From an uncultured Rikenellaceae bacterium (GTDB lineage Bacteria > Bacteroidota > Bacteroidia > Bacteroidales > VadinHA17), in NCBI GenBank assembly GCA_964599235.1, contig CAZRDX010000052.1, forward strand, positions 7,235 to 71,234: DNA of 64,000 bases, in the 5' to 3' direction. Every line of letters starts with the position of its first letter. Positions within the stretch are counted from its first letter, which is position 1. Positions 16,837 through 25,398 of this stretch are shown one piece after another. The notes under the pieces were generated by a model that did not search any database, had not been told where the DNA came from, and was given only the letters and a program-made list of their open reading frames with translations. The translations under genes were made by a program, and so were the position numbers.

Positions 16837-19053
16837 ATGAGAAATTTCTTCCTGCTTTTCCTGATGACCCTTTCCCTCGTCTTACGGGGAGGTATTCCCG
16901 ATGAGCCTTTCTGGCAGGAGTATCATGTCCCTTATCCTCTGGCGGGGGATGCTGCCGACGTACGTGCGGTGGCCGTGACACCGGGCGATGTGGTGTGGGC
17001 CGGCACACGGGCCGGGCTTTTTTACCTCGACACCGTCAAGCATCAGTGGGAGGCTGCCCTCCCGCCGCAGGAGCAGGGTCCCGTTTTCGATCTCTTCGTT
17101 GACAAGGAGGGCACGCTCTGGGCGGCATCCTGGAACGGTCTCTATGCTTTCCATGGCCTCCAACGTGAGAAGGTCGAGGAGGTGGAGGGTCCGGTGAGTG
17201 TGGTCGGCAGTGCCGGCAACCATCTGCTGGTGACGGGTCCTGCCGGCATGTGGCGCCGTGACGGCCTCAAATGGAAGCCAGGGGAGATGCCTTTCTCGCG
17301 TGAGGACCGTTGTCTCTTCGATGACGGAAAAGGAGGCTTTTACCTGGCCACCGGCCGGGGCTTATGGCATCAAAAGGGCGACGGCACCCTGCGTCATCTC
17401 TGGCAGCCCTCCCATCTCCTCAGCGACAACGTGTACGCCGTGGCCCGGGGAAAGAACAAGGAGATCTGGGCAGGAGGACTGGGAGGGATCACCCTTCTCA
17501 CCGCCGCCAAGGACACCCGTCTCTCGACGATCGAGGCTGCCGAGGGGCTTCCCGACATCCATGTGCGATGCATCCGTCGTTCACCGGCGGGTGTGATGTG
17601 GGTAGGCACCGACAGGGGGGTGGTGCGTTTCCTGGGCACCCGCCATTCGCTGCGTCACAGCCGCCGATGGCTCCTCGACGACCGTGTGCGCGACATCGCC
17701 TTCGACAGCCGCGGCAACGCCTGGATCGCCACGGCAGCCGGTGTCAGCGCCATCAAGAAAAAACAGATGACCCTCGCAGAAAAAGCGGAATACTATCACC
17801 GTCTTCTGATGCGGCGGCACGTACGTGACCCCTGGCTCGTGGAAAAATGCCGTCTCCTGGTTCCCGGTGACACCGCCCGCTGGGAGCCTATGGACGACGA
17901 TAACGACGGCCAGTACACCGCCATGTACCTGGCCATGGAGAGCTACCGCTATGCGGTCACGCACGACCCCCAGGCCCGCGAGAACGCCGTGCGGGCCTTC
18001 CACGCCCTGTGTTTCCTGCAGCAGGTCACCGGCACCGACGGCTTTGTGGCGCGGACCGTCATCCCCGCCACATGGAAAAGGATGGCCGACCCCAACGAGA
18101 GGATCAGCGACAGAGCCTTCGCCGACCGTCTGGTCCGCAACCCCCGCGACAAAAAGGTGGAGAAACACTGGAGACCCTCCGCCGACGGCAGATGGCTGTG
18201 GAAAGGAGACACCAGCAGCGATGAGATCACGGGACACATGTACGGCTATACGGTCTTCTGGGAGCTGATCGCCCGCCACGACACCATCCTGCACCGCGAG
18301 GTACGCGACCAGGTCACCCGCATCGTCGACTACATCATCACAGGAGGATATGTCCTGAAAGACCTCGACGGCACCCATACCAAATGGGGCGTGTGGGATC
18401 CTGCCCACCTCAACCATGACCCCGAGTGGGCACCGGAGCGGGGGATCAATTCACTGGAGATCCTCTCCTACCTTACACTGGCCTACCAGGTGAGCGGCCA
18501 CGAACGGTACCGGAAAGAATACCGCCGGCTCATCGACGAGCATCATTATGCCCAGAACGCTTTGCATGCCAAGACGGTGATGCCGGGATGGCGTACCTAC
18601 ATCGACGACGAACTGGTGGCCCTGGCCTACCCTGCCCTGATGCTGTATGAAAAAGATCCCGTTCTGATCGACCTCTACAAAAAGAGCATGGACAACTGGT
18701 ATGCTGCCTGCCGCAACGACGACAGTCCTTTTTATTATTTCACCTACAATGCTTTCCGCGGAAAAGAGTCCCGTCTGGAGCGCGGCGTGCTTTTCCTGCG
18801 GGACAATCCGCTCGACCTGGTGCGGTGGCGTGTCGACAACAGCCGGCGTGAGGATCTAACCCTCACCCACAAGCCCATCCTCGAGGACACGGAGACCAGC
18901 CGGCTGGTGCCACCCAGTGAGCGGGGGATCATGCGGTGGGACAAGAACCCCTGGGCGGCCGTCCAGGGTGACGGCGGCCACACCGAGGCCAGCCCCACCT
19001 TCTGGCTTCTGCCCTACTGGATGGGCAGATATTACGGTTACATCAATGAATGA
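16837..19053 (+). CDS. Secreted protein of unknown function, paralog B: Reg_prop-like beta-propeller plus C-terminal helical domain
   Basis: ORF 16759-19053 trimmed to ATG 16837 (MRNFFLLFLMTLSLVL). Repeated strands VWAGTRAGLFYL, LWAASWNGLYAF, FYLATGRGLWHQ, IWAGGLGGITLL, MWVGTDRGVVRF and AWIATAAGVSAI resemble the two-component-regulator propeller repeat. The C-terminal half is collinear with paralog A. Confidence 0.7.
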   Translation: MRNFFLLFLMTLSLVLRGGIPDEPFWQEYHVPYPLAGDAADVRAVAVTPGDVVWAGTRAGLFYLDTVKHQWEAALPPQEQGPVFDLFVDKEGTLWAASWNGLYAFHGLQREKVEEVEGPVSVVGSAGNHLLVTGPAGMWRRDGLKWKPGEMPFSREDRCLFDDGKGGFYLATGRGLWHQKGDGTLRHLWQPSHLLSDNVYAVARGKNKEIWAGGLGGITLLTAAKDTRLSTIEAAEGLPDIHVRCIRRSPAGVMWVGTDRGVVRFLGTRHSLRHSRRWLLDDRVRDIAFDSRGNAWIATAAGVSAIKKKQMTLAEKAEYYHRLLMRRHVRDPWLVEKCRLLVPGDTARWEPMDDDNDGQYTAMYLAMESYRYAVTHDPQARENAVRAFHALCFLQQVTGTDGFVARTVIPATWKRMADPNERISDRAFADRLVRNPRDKKVEKHWRPSADGRWLWKGDTSSDEITGHMYGYTVFWELIARHDTILHREVRDQVTRIVDYIITGGYVLKDLDGTHTKWGVWDPAHLNHDPEWAPERGINSLEILSYLTLAYQVSGHERYRKEYRRLIDEHHYAQNALHAKTVMPGWRTYIDDELVALAYPALMLYEKDPVLIDLYKKSMDNWYAACRNDDSPFYYFTYNAFRGKESRLERGVLFLRDNPLDLVRWRVDNSRREDLTLTHKPILEDTETSRLVPPSERGIMRWDKNPWAAVQGDGGHTEASPTFWLLPYWMGRYYGYINE

Positions 19054-20315
19054 ACGATCTCATGAAGAACCGGTCAACCATGCCCGTGAAGCGTAACAAG
19101 CTTTTCACAGCCCTCTCGGCCGTGGGACCCGGTCTGTTCCTTATCGGCTACAACATCGGCACGGGCAGTGTCACCACCATGGCCAAGGTAGGTGCGGAAT
19201 ACGGCATGGCCCTCACCTGGGCCCTGGCACTCTCCGCACTCTTCACCTTCGTGCTGATGGTGGCATACGGCAAGATGACCCTCACCACAGGCCACACCGC
19301 TCTTTACAACATCCGTCATCATATCCCCGGCGGAACGCTGCTGGCCCTCTACATCATGGCCGCACTGATCATCGGAGAGCTTTTCTCTCTGGTAGGGATC
19401 ATGGGCATCGTCAGCGAACTGCTCAGCGAGGGAAGCCGTCTGATCGGCGGCGGTCTGTCTCCTTTTCTGATCACCCTCCTCCTCACGGCAGGGCTTTATC
19501 TCCTGCTCTGGTACGGACACTACCGGTCGTTCGAAAAAGTGCTCATCTTCTTTGTCATCCTCATGGCTCTCTCTTTCATGGTGGTCTTTTTTCTCGTTCA
19601 TCCCGATCTTTCAGCCATAGTCCGGGGGATGATCCCTTCCCTGCCTCAGGGGAAAGGCTCTTTTGCACTGGTGGCTGCCATCGCCGGCACCACCTGTTCG
19701 GCAGCGGTTTTCATCATGCGCAGCACCGTGGTGGCTGAAAAAGGATGGGGACCCGATGATCTGGAAAAGGAGAAGAAGGATGCAGCCGTTTCGGCCACCA
19801 CCATGTTCCTCCTCAGCTTCATCATCATGGCGGTAGCGGCAGGCACGTTGCATGTCAGGGGGTTACGGATGGAGAACACCAGGGAGCTGATCGTTCTTTT
19901 GGAGCCCCTGGGCGGCCGCGTCGCCGCCTTCATCCTCATCCTGGGCATCGCCGGCGCCGGTCTCTCCACCATCTTTCCCATCATCCTCATCGCCCCCTGG
20001 CTTATCAGCGACTTCACCGGCCGGGAACGCAACATACGTTCCCCCCTGTACCGGCTGCTGGGGCTGGCAGGTCTTCTCTTCGGCTTCGGCTCGCTCCTCG
20101 TCGAGGCCACCCCGCCGGTCATCATGGTCTTCTCTCAGGCCTTCCAGGCGCTGATCCTGCCCGCTGTGAGCATCCCTGTGCTCTTCCTCCTCAACGACCG
20201 ACGCCTGAACCACCGCCCCGGCATCATGCTCAATATCGGGACAGGAGCCGTGGTCCTTTTCAGCCTTCTGACCAGTTATTTTGCCGTTGTTTCCTTGTTC
20301 ATACCCAAGAGCTAA
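19050..20315 (+). CDS. Nramp-fold (APC superfamily) transporter with degenerate metal-binding motifs
   Basis: 421-aa polytopic ORF whose ATG overlaps the previous stop (ATGA 19050-19053). GPGLFLIGYNIGTGSVTTMAKVGAEYGMALTW aligns by eye with the Nramp TM1 region, but the DPGN motif is replaced (IGTGS). No MPH motif in the TM6-equivalent IAGTTCSAAVFIMRS. Confidence 0.75.
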   Translation: MNDLMKNRSTMPVKRNKLFTALSAVGPGLFLIGYNIGTGSVTTMAKVGAEYGMALTWALALSALFTFVLMVAYGKMTLTTGHTALYNIRHHIPGGTLLALYIMAALIIGELFSLVGIMGIVSELLSEGSRLIGGGLSPFLITLLLTAGLYLLLWYGHYRSFEKVLIFFVILMALSFMVVFFLVHPDLSAIVRGMIPSLPQGKGSFALVAAIAGTTCSAAVFIMRSTVVAEKGWGPDDLEKEKKDAAVSATTMFLLSFIIMAVAAGTLHVRGLRMENTRELIVLLEPLGGRVAAFILILGIAGAGLSTIFPIILIAPWLISDFTGRERNIRSPLYRLLGLAGLLFGFGSLLVEATPPVIMVFSQAFQALILPAVSIPVLFLLNDRRLNHRPGIMLNIGTGAVVLFSLLTSYFAVVSLFIPKS

Positions 20316-20333
20316 CAAACAAGTATCTATGAT

Positions 20334-21083
20334 ATGGTGATCAGTATCAGCAACAACAAACAGGAGCTTGGGCGGCGCGCGGCCGCCCAGGGGGCATCGT
20401 TCATAAGGCAAGCCCTCGCACACCATGGTGAGGCAACCATCATCGTAGCCACAGGTGCCTCGCAGTTCGAGATGCTTGACCATCTGGTGAAAGAAGAGAT
20501 CGACTGGTCGAGAGTGACCGCCTTCCACCTGGATGAATACATCGGCCTGCCCTTCACCCATCCCGCCTCGTTCCGAAGGTATCTGAAAGAGCGTTTCGTT
20601 GACAAGGTCCCTCTCAAACAGTTCCATTATGTCAATGGCGAAGCGGACGACCCGGTCGAGGAGTGCCGGAGGCTGGGTGAACTGATCCGCGACCGGCGCG
20701 TCGATGTGGCTTTCATCGGCATCGGAGAGAACGGACACATTGCTTTCAACGATCCGCCGGCCGACTTCGAGACAAGTGAGCCTTATCTGGTGGTCGAGCT
20801 GGATGAGGCCTGCCGTCGCCAGCAGCTGGGCGAAGGATGGTTCTCCTCGCTCGAGGAGGTGCCCCACAAAGCGATCAGCATGTCGGTCAGACAGATCCTC
20901 AAGTCGGAGAAGATCATCTGCTCGGTCCCCGACCGGCGGAAAGCCGTGGCGGTGAAGAACAGCGTCGAAGGGCCTGTCACGCCCGAGGTGCCCGCCTCGA
21001 TCCTGCAGACCCATCCCGCCACATGGCTCTTCCTCGACAAAGCATCTGCCAGTCTTTTGAACGATAAACGAGAAGAACCATGA
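20334..21083 (+). CDS. nagB: Glucosamine-6-phosphate deaminase/isomerase family protein
   Basis: 249-aa [30 protein letters not shown] and [20 protein letters not shown] are typical of the NagB/6-phosphogluconolactonase superfamily. Confidence 0.85.
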   Translation: MVISISNNKQELGRRAAAQGASFIRQALAHHGEATIIVATGASQFEMLDHLVKEEIDWSRVTAFHLDEYIGLPFTHPASFRRYLKERFVDKVPLKQFHYVNGEADDPVEECRRLGELIRDRRVDVAFIGIGENGHIAFNDPPADFETSEPYLVVELDEACRRQQLGEGWFSSLEEVPHKAISMSVRQILKSEKIICSVPDRRKAVAVKNSVEGPVTPEVPASILQTHPATWLFLDKASASLLNDKREEP

Positions 21084-22540
21084 AAACCCTTCTTGGCCTT
21101 TTAGTGACATGGTTCATTCCGCTATTCAGCGGGATGGCCCAGGACATCCCCGACCTGGACAGCCGGCGGGAGCTGTTCGTCGACACCTTTCTCATAGAAA
21201 GCATGGAAGGAACCCGTCTGGTCATGCACCATCCTGTCGACGAAGGAGAGGTGATGCCTTTTGACCGGCCGTGGGAAGGAGCTTTCAGCGCTTATGTCAC
21301 CGTGATCCGGGACGGTGATCTCTACCGCCTGTACTACCGGGGCATGCCCCAGGGACACCACGACGGCAGCCGTCAGGAGGTGACCTGCTACGCCGAGTCG
21401 AACGACGGGATCCACTGGCACAAGCCCGATCTGGGCCTTTTCGAGGTGCACGGCACCCGGCACAACAACGTCGTCCTGGCAGAGGCCGCTCCTGTGACCC
21501 ATAACTTCTCTCCCTTTCTCGACACACGCCCCGGCGTGCCCGCCGAAGAACGTTACAAAGCCCTGGGCGGCACCGCCCACAGCGGACTCATCGCCTGGTG
21601 CTCGGCCGACGGCATCCACTGGAAAAAAATGCAGCAACGGCCGGTACTCACCTGGGACGACGTCCCGTCGGTGAACGGCCCCTTCGACTCGCAGAACGTC
21701 TCCTTCTGGTCGGAGCAGGAAAAGAAATATCTCTGCTACTTCCGAGTATGGGAAGAAGTGGCAGGGAAAAAGTACCGTTCGGTGGCCCGGGCCGTCTCGG
21801 ATGATTTCCTCCACTGGCAACAACCGGTGGTGATGGATTTTGGCAACACGCCCCGGGAACAGCTTTACACCAACCAGACCGCTCCCTATTTCCGTGCCCC
21901 GCACATTTACATCTCCGTGGCAGCCCGCTTCATGCCGCACCGTCAGGTGCTCACCGAGGAACAGGCCAGGAACCTCCATGTGGATCCCCGCTATTTCCGC
22001 GACTGCTCCGACGCGGTGCTGATGTCGTCACGAGGGGGCAACCGTTATTTCCGGACTTTCATGGAAGGGTTCGTTCGTCCTGGCATCGGTCTGGACAACT
22101 GGGTCTCCCGGTCCAACTATCCTGCCCTGAACATCGTCCCCACGGGGCCTGAGGAGATGTCCCTTTACCTCAACCAGGACTACGCCCAACCCACCGCCCA
22201 CCTCCACCGCTATTCTCTGCGTACCGACGGCTTCGTCTCGGTGAACGCCCCTTACAGTGGAGGCACGCTGACCACCCGTCCTTTCCGTTTTCACGGTGAC
22301 ACTTTATTCCTCAATTTCTCCACCTCGGCCGCCGGCTACATCCTGGTGGAGATCCTCGACGAGCAGGGTACTCCCATCCCTGGCTATACGAAAGAGGAGG
22401 CCCGCGAGCTCATCGGCAATGAGATCGACAAGGCTGTCCCCTGGCCGGGGGACCAAACCCTCTCCCCCCTACGGGGACGAACGATACGCCTGCGTTTTTT
22501 CATGAAAGACGCCGATCTATACAGTTTCCGTTTCAAATGA
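21080..22540 (+). CDS. Secreted uncharacterised protein, putative beta-propeller plus beta-sandwich glycoside hydrolase
   Basis: 486-aa ORF with start overlapping the nagB stop (ATGA 21080-21083). Signal peptide [21 protein letters not shown]. Recurrent W/F-rich strand patterns ([29 protein letters not shown]). The C-terminal sandwich-like tail ends [17 protein letters not shown]. Family not recognised. Confidence 0.55.
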   Translation: MKTLLGLLVTWFIPLFSGMAQDIPDLDSRRELFVDTFLIESMEGTRLVMHHPVDEGEVMPFDRPWEGAFSAYVTVIRDGDLYRLYYRGMPQGHHDGSRQEVTCYAESNDGIHWHKPDLGLFEVHGTRHNNVVLAEAAPVTHNFSPFLDTRPGVPAEERYKALGGTAHSGLIAWCSADGIHWKKMQQRPVLTWDDVPSVNGPFDSQNVSFWSEQEKKYLCYFRVWEEVAGKKYRSVARAVSDDFLHWQQPVVMDFGNTPREQLYTNQTAPYFRAPHIYISVAARFMPHRQVLTEEQARNLHVDPRYFRDCSDAVLMSSRGGNRYFRTFMEGFVRPGIGLDNWVSRSNYPALNIVPTGPEEMSLYLNQDYAQPTAHLHRYSLRTDGFVSVNAPYSGGTLTTRPFRFHGDTLFLNFSTSAAGYILVEILDEQGTPIPGYTKEEARELIGNEIDKAVPWPGDQTLSPLRGRTIRLRFFMKDADLYSFRFK

Positions 22541-25398
22541 GCCGATCCGTCATGAAAAGATTCTCTTTCCTGTTCGTTCTCTTCTTCTTTCTGATCCTTC
22601 TGCTGCCGGCATGTCATCGCCAGCAGGTGGAGAAGATCCCCTGGAAGGAGGGATTCATCCGGCTGGTGGTGGTACGCGACGATATCCTCCACGTTACGGT
22701 ATCACCTACGAGGGAACTGAACGAACGTCCCAGCCTCGTGATCGACGGTGATCCGGTGGTCATAACCTCATGGGACAAAAAAGAGGACGAACATTTTCTG
22801 ACCCTCACCACCTCACGGCTGGTGGCCCGCCTTAACAAGAGAACGGGCGAACTACGCATCACCCGTCATAACGGCACCCCCGTCCTATGTGCCGGGGCTC
22901 CCCGTTTCACCCCCTTCACCCTCCGCGGCGAGGAGGACACCGTTTACAGCATCCTCCAGTCTTTCCGTCCCACCTCAGATGAGTCGCTTTACGGCCTGGG
23001 ACAACACCAGGACGGAGTGGTCGACCTGCGCGGACACGACCGTACTCTCTTCCAGGAGAACACCATCGCAGCCGTGCCTTTTCTTGTATCGACGAACAAC
23101 TACGGCATCCTCTGGGACAATTACTCTCTCACCAGGTTCCACGACGGGCAGGAAGGGATGACGATGTGGTCAAAGGTGGCCGATGCGGTGGACTATTACG
23201 TCGTCACCGGTGACGATCTTGACGGGGTCATCGCCGGCTACCGTCATCTCACGGGTAAACCGCCCCTCTACGGCCGCTGGGCTTACGGTTACTGGCAGAG
23301 CCGTGAGCGTTATCACACGCAGTATGAGCTCACGAAGGTCGTGCGCGAATACCGCCGTCGCGGCCTGCCCCTCGACAACATCGTCCAGGACTGGATGTAC
23401 TGGGGCAGACACGGCTGGAACGCCCTGCAGTTCGACAGCACACGTTTTCCCCATCCGCGCGAGATGATCGACACGGTCCACCAGCTCCACGCCCACATCA
23501 TGATCTCCGTATGGCCTAACTTCGGCAAAGAGACGGAAGTATACCGGGAAATGAAAGAGAGAGGGTTCCTCATCACGGGTGAGAACGGTCAGAGCCGGGG
23601 TCTGTACGATCCATACAACCCTGCCGCACGCGACTTCTACTGGCATTGGCTGGAGAAGAACCTTTTTTCGCTGGGCATCGATGCCTGGTGGATGGATGCC
23701 ACGGAACCCGAGGTGGGAGGCCTCACTCTCGAGGAGCGTGTGGCCGCCCTCGAAGGCCTGGGCCGCACCGCCCTGGGGCCCCTGGCACGATATCTCAACA
23801 CTTACTCGCTGATGTCGGCGCGAGGGGTGTATGAACACCAACGGCAACGTACCGACAGAAAACGCGTATACATCCTCACCCGTTCGGCCTGGGCAGGCCA
23901 GCAACGCTACGCCGCCACCACCTGGTCGGGGGATATCCATGCACGATGGGACGTCTTCCGCAACCAGATCACCGCCGGCATCCATTTCTCCCTCTCCGGC
24001 CTGCCATACTGGACCACCGACATTGGCGCGTTCCTCCCCGACAACCCCCTGGGCAACCGTGACAATGCCTACCGTGAGCTCTATCTGCGCTGGTTCCAGT
24101 TCGGGGCTTTCTGCCCCATCTTCCGCTCCCACGGTTCGGGCACGCCACGCGAGATCTACCGGTTCGGAGGCGAGAAGAGCTGGACCTATGCTCCGCTCCG
24201 GCGTTTCGACCGGCTGCGGTACCGTCTCCTTCCTTACCTCTATTCCCTAGCGTGGCAGGTGACCGCGCATGACTACACGCTGATGCGCGGGCTGGCGATG
24301 GACTTCCCCGGAGACACGCTGGCCTGCCGGCTCGGCGACGAATACATGTTCGGCCCCGCCTTCCTGGTGGCACCCGTCACCCGCCCACTCTATTTCCACC
24401 GCAACTATACCGGCGCCGTACTGCCTCCTGCTGCCCTGCGTGACGAGCAGGGACGCCGGGGTGGCCTCACCATCCGCTTCTTCAACGGCACCGGCCTGGA
24501 CACCCTCGTCGCAACAGGCAGGATCACCCGTCTCGACGTCGACTGGAACGACGGCTCCTCCCGCCCGCCGACCGTACACCCTTATCATTACAGCATACGC
24601 ATGAACGGTACCCTCCTTCCTCCCGAAAGCGGCATCTACACCTTCGTCACCACCTCCAACGACGGTATACGGCTGATCGTTGGCGACACCACCGTCATCG
24701 AGAACTGGACCCCGCACGGCGCCACCATGGACATGGGAGAGATCAGACTGGAGAAAGACAAAAACTACCCTTTCACCGTCGAATATTTCCAGACCCTGGG
24801 CAGTGCCGTCACGCGTATCGCCTGGATCCCCCCCTCGGTACGCGACACCCTGCACGAGCAGGAGATCCCGCCGGTACGACCGTGGGAGGTCTATCTCCCG
24901 GCGGGCACAGCCTGGTACGACTTCTGGCGTGGCATCCGTCATCCCGGCGGGCAACACATACGCGTGCCGGCACCCCTCGACGAGATGCCTCTCTTCGTCC
25001 GGGAAGGAACGATCCTGCCCATGGGACCACCCCTGCAATGGGCCGACCAGCACGCCACCGACACCCTCGAACTGAGGATCTACCCCGGACAGAACGGCTC
25101 CTTCACCCTCTACGAGGATGAGAACGACAACTACAATTACGAAAAAGGTACCTACGCCCTGACCCCCATCACATGGGACGAGAAAAGCCAAACCCTCACC
25201 CTGGCCAAGAGAAAAGGATCGTTCCCCGGGATGTCGCAAGAACATACCTTCCGCATCGTCTGGGTGGACAAGGATCACGGTGCCGGCCCCCGCTTCACCT
25301 CCTGTGCCGACACCACCGTCAGGTACACGGGCAGGACCCTGACCGTGGCACGTCCCGACAAAAAGAGCAAGAAACCCTTCAATCAACAAAAAAAATGA
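22537..25398 (+). CDS. GH31 alpha-glycosidase (alpha-glucosidase/alpha-xylosidase type) lipoprotein with inserted PA14 domain
   Basis: 953-aa ORF with ATGA overlap at 22537-22540 and lipobox LLLPAC. GH31 motifs GIDAWWMDATEPE, TWSGDI, FRSHG and LPAGTAWYDFW...MPLFVREGTILPMG. PA14-like insert SIRMNGTLLPPESGIYTFVTTSNDGIRLIVGD at about nt 24466-24835. Confidence 0.9.
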   Translation: MSRSVMKRFSFLFVLFFFLILLLPACHRQQVEKIPWKEGFIRLVVVRDDILHVTVSPTRELNERPSLVIDGDPVVITSWDKKEDEHFLTLTTSRLVARLNKRTGELRITRHNGTPVLCAGAPRFTPFTLRGEEDTVYSILQSFRPTSDESLYGLGQHQDGVVDLRGHDRTLFQENTIAAVPFLVSTNNYGILWDNYSLTRFHDGQEGMTMWSKVADAVDYYVVTGDDLDGVIAGYRHLTGKPPLYGRWAYGYWQSRERYHTQYELTKVVREYRRRGLPLDNIVQDWMYWGRHGWNALQFDSTRFPHPREMIDTVHQLHAHIMISVWPNFGKETEVYREMKERGFLITGENGQSRGLYDPYNPAARDFYWHWLEKNLFSLGIDAWWMDATEPEVGGLTLEERVAALEGLGRTALGPLARYLNTYSLMSARGVYEHQRQRTDRKRVYILTRSAWAGQQRYAATTWSGDIHARWDVFRNQITAGIHFSLSGLPYWTTDIGAFLPDNPLGNRDNAYRELYLRWFQFGAFCPIFRSHGSGTPREIYRFGGEKSWTYAPLRRFDRLRYRLLPYLYSLAWQVTAHDYTLMRGLAMDFPGDTLACRLGDEYMFGPAFLVAPVTRPLYFHRNYTGAVLPPAALRDEQGRRGGLTIRFFNGTGLDTLVATGRITRLDVDWNDGSSRPPTVHPYHYSIRMNGTLLPPESGIYTFVTTSNDGIRLIVGDTTVIENWTPHGATMDMGEIRLEKDKNYPFTVEYFQTLGSAVTRIAWIPPSVRDTLHEQEIPPVRPWEVYLPAGTAWYDFWRGIRHPGGQHIRVPAPLDEMPLFVREGTILPMGPPLQWADQHATDTLELRIYPGQNGSFTLYEDENDNYNYEKGTYALTPITWDEKSQTLTLAKRKGSFPGMSQEHTFRIVWVDKDHGAGPRFTSCADTTVRYTGRTLTVARPDKKSKKPFNQQKK

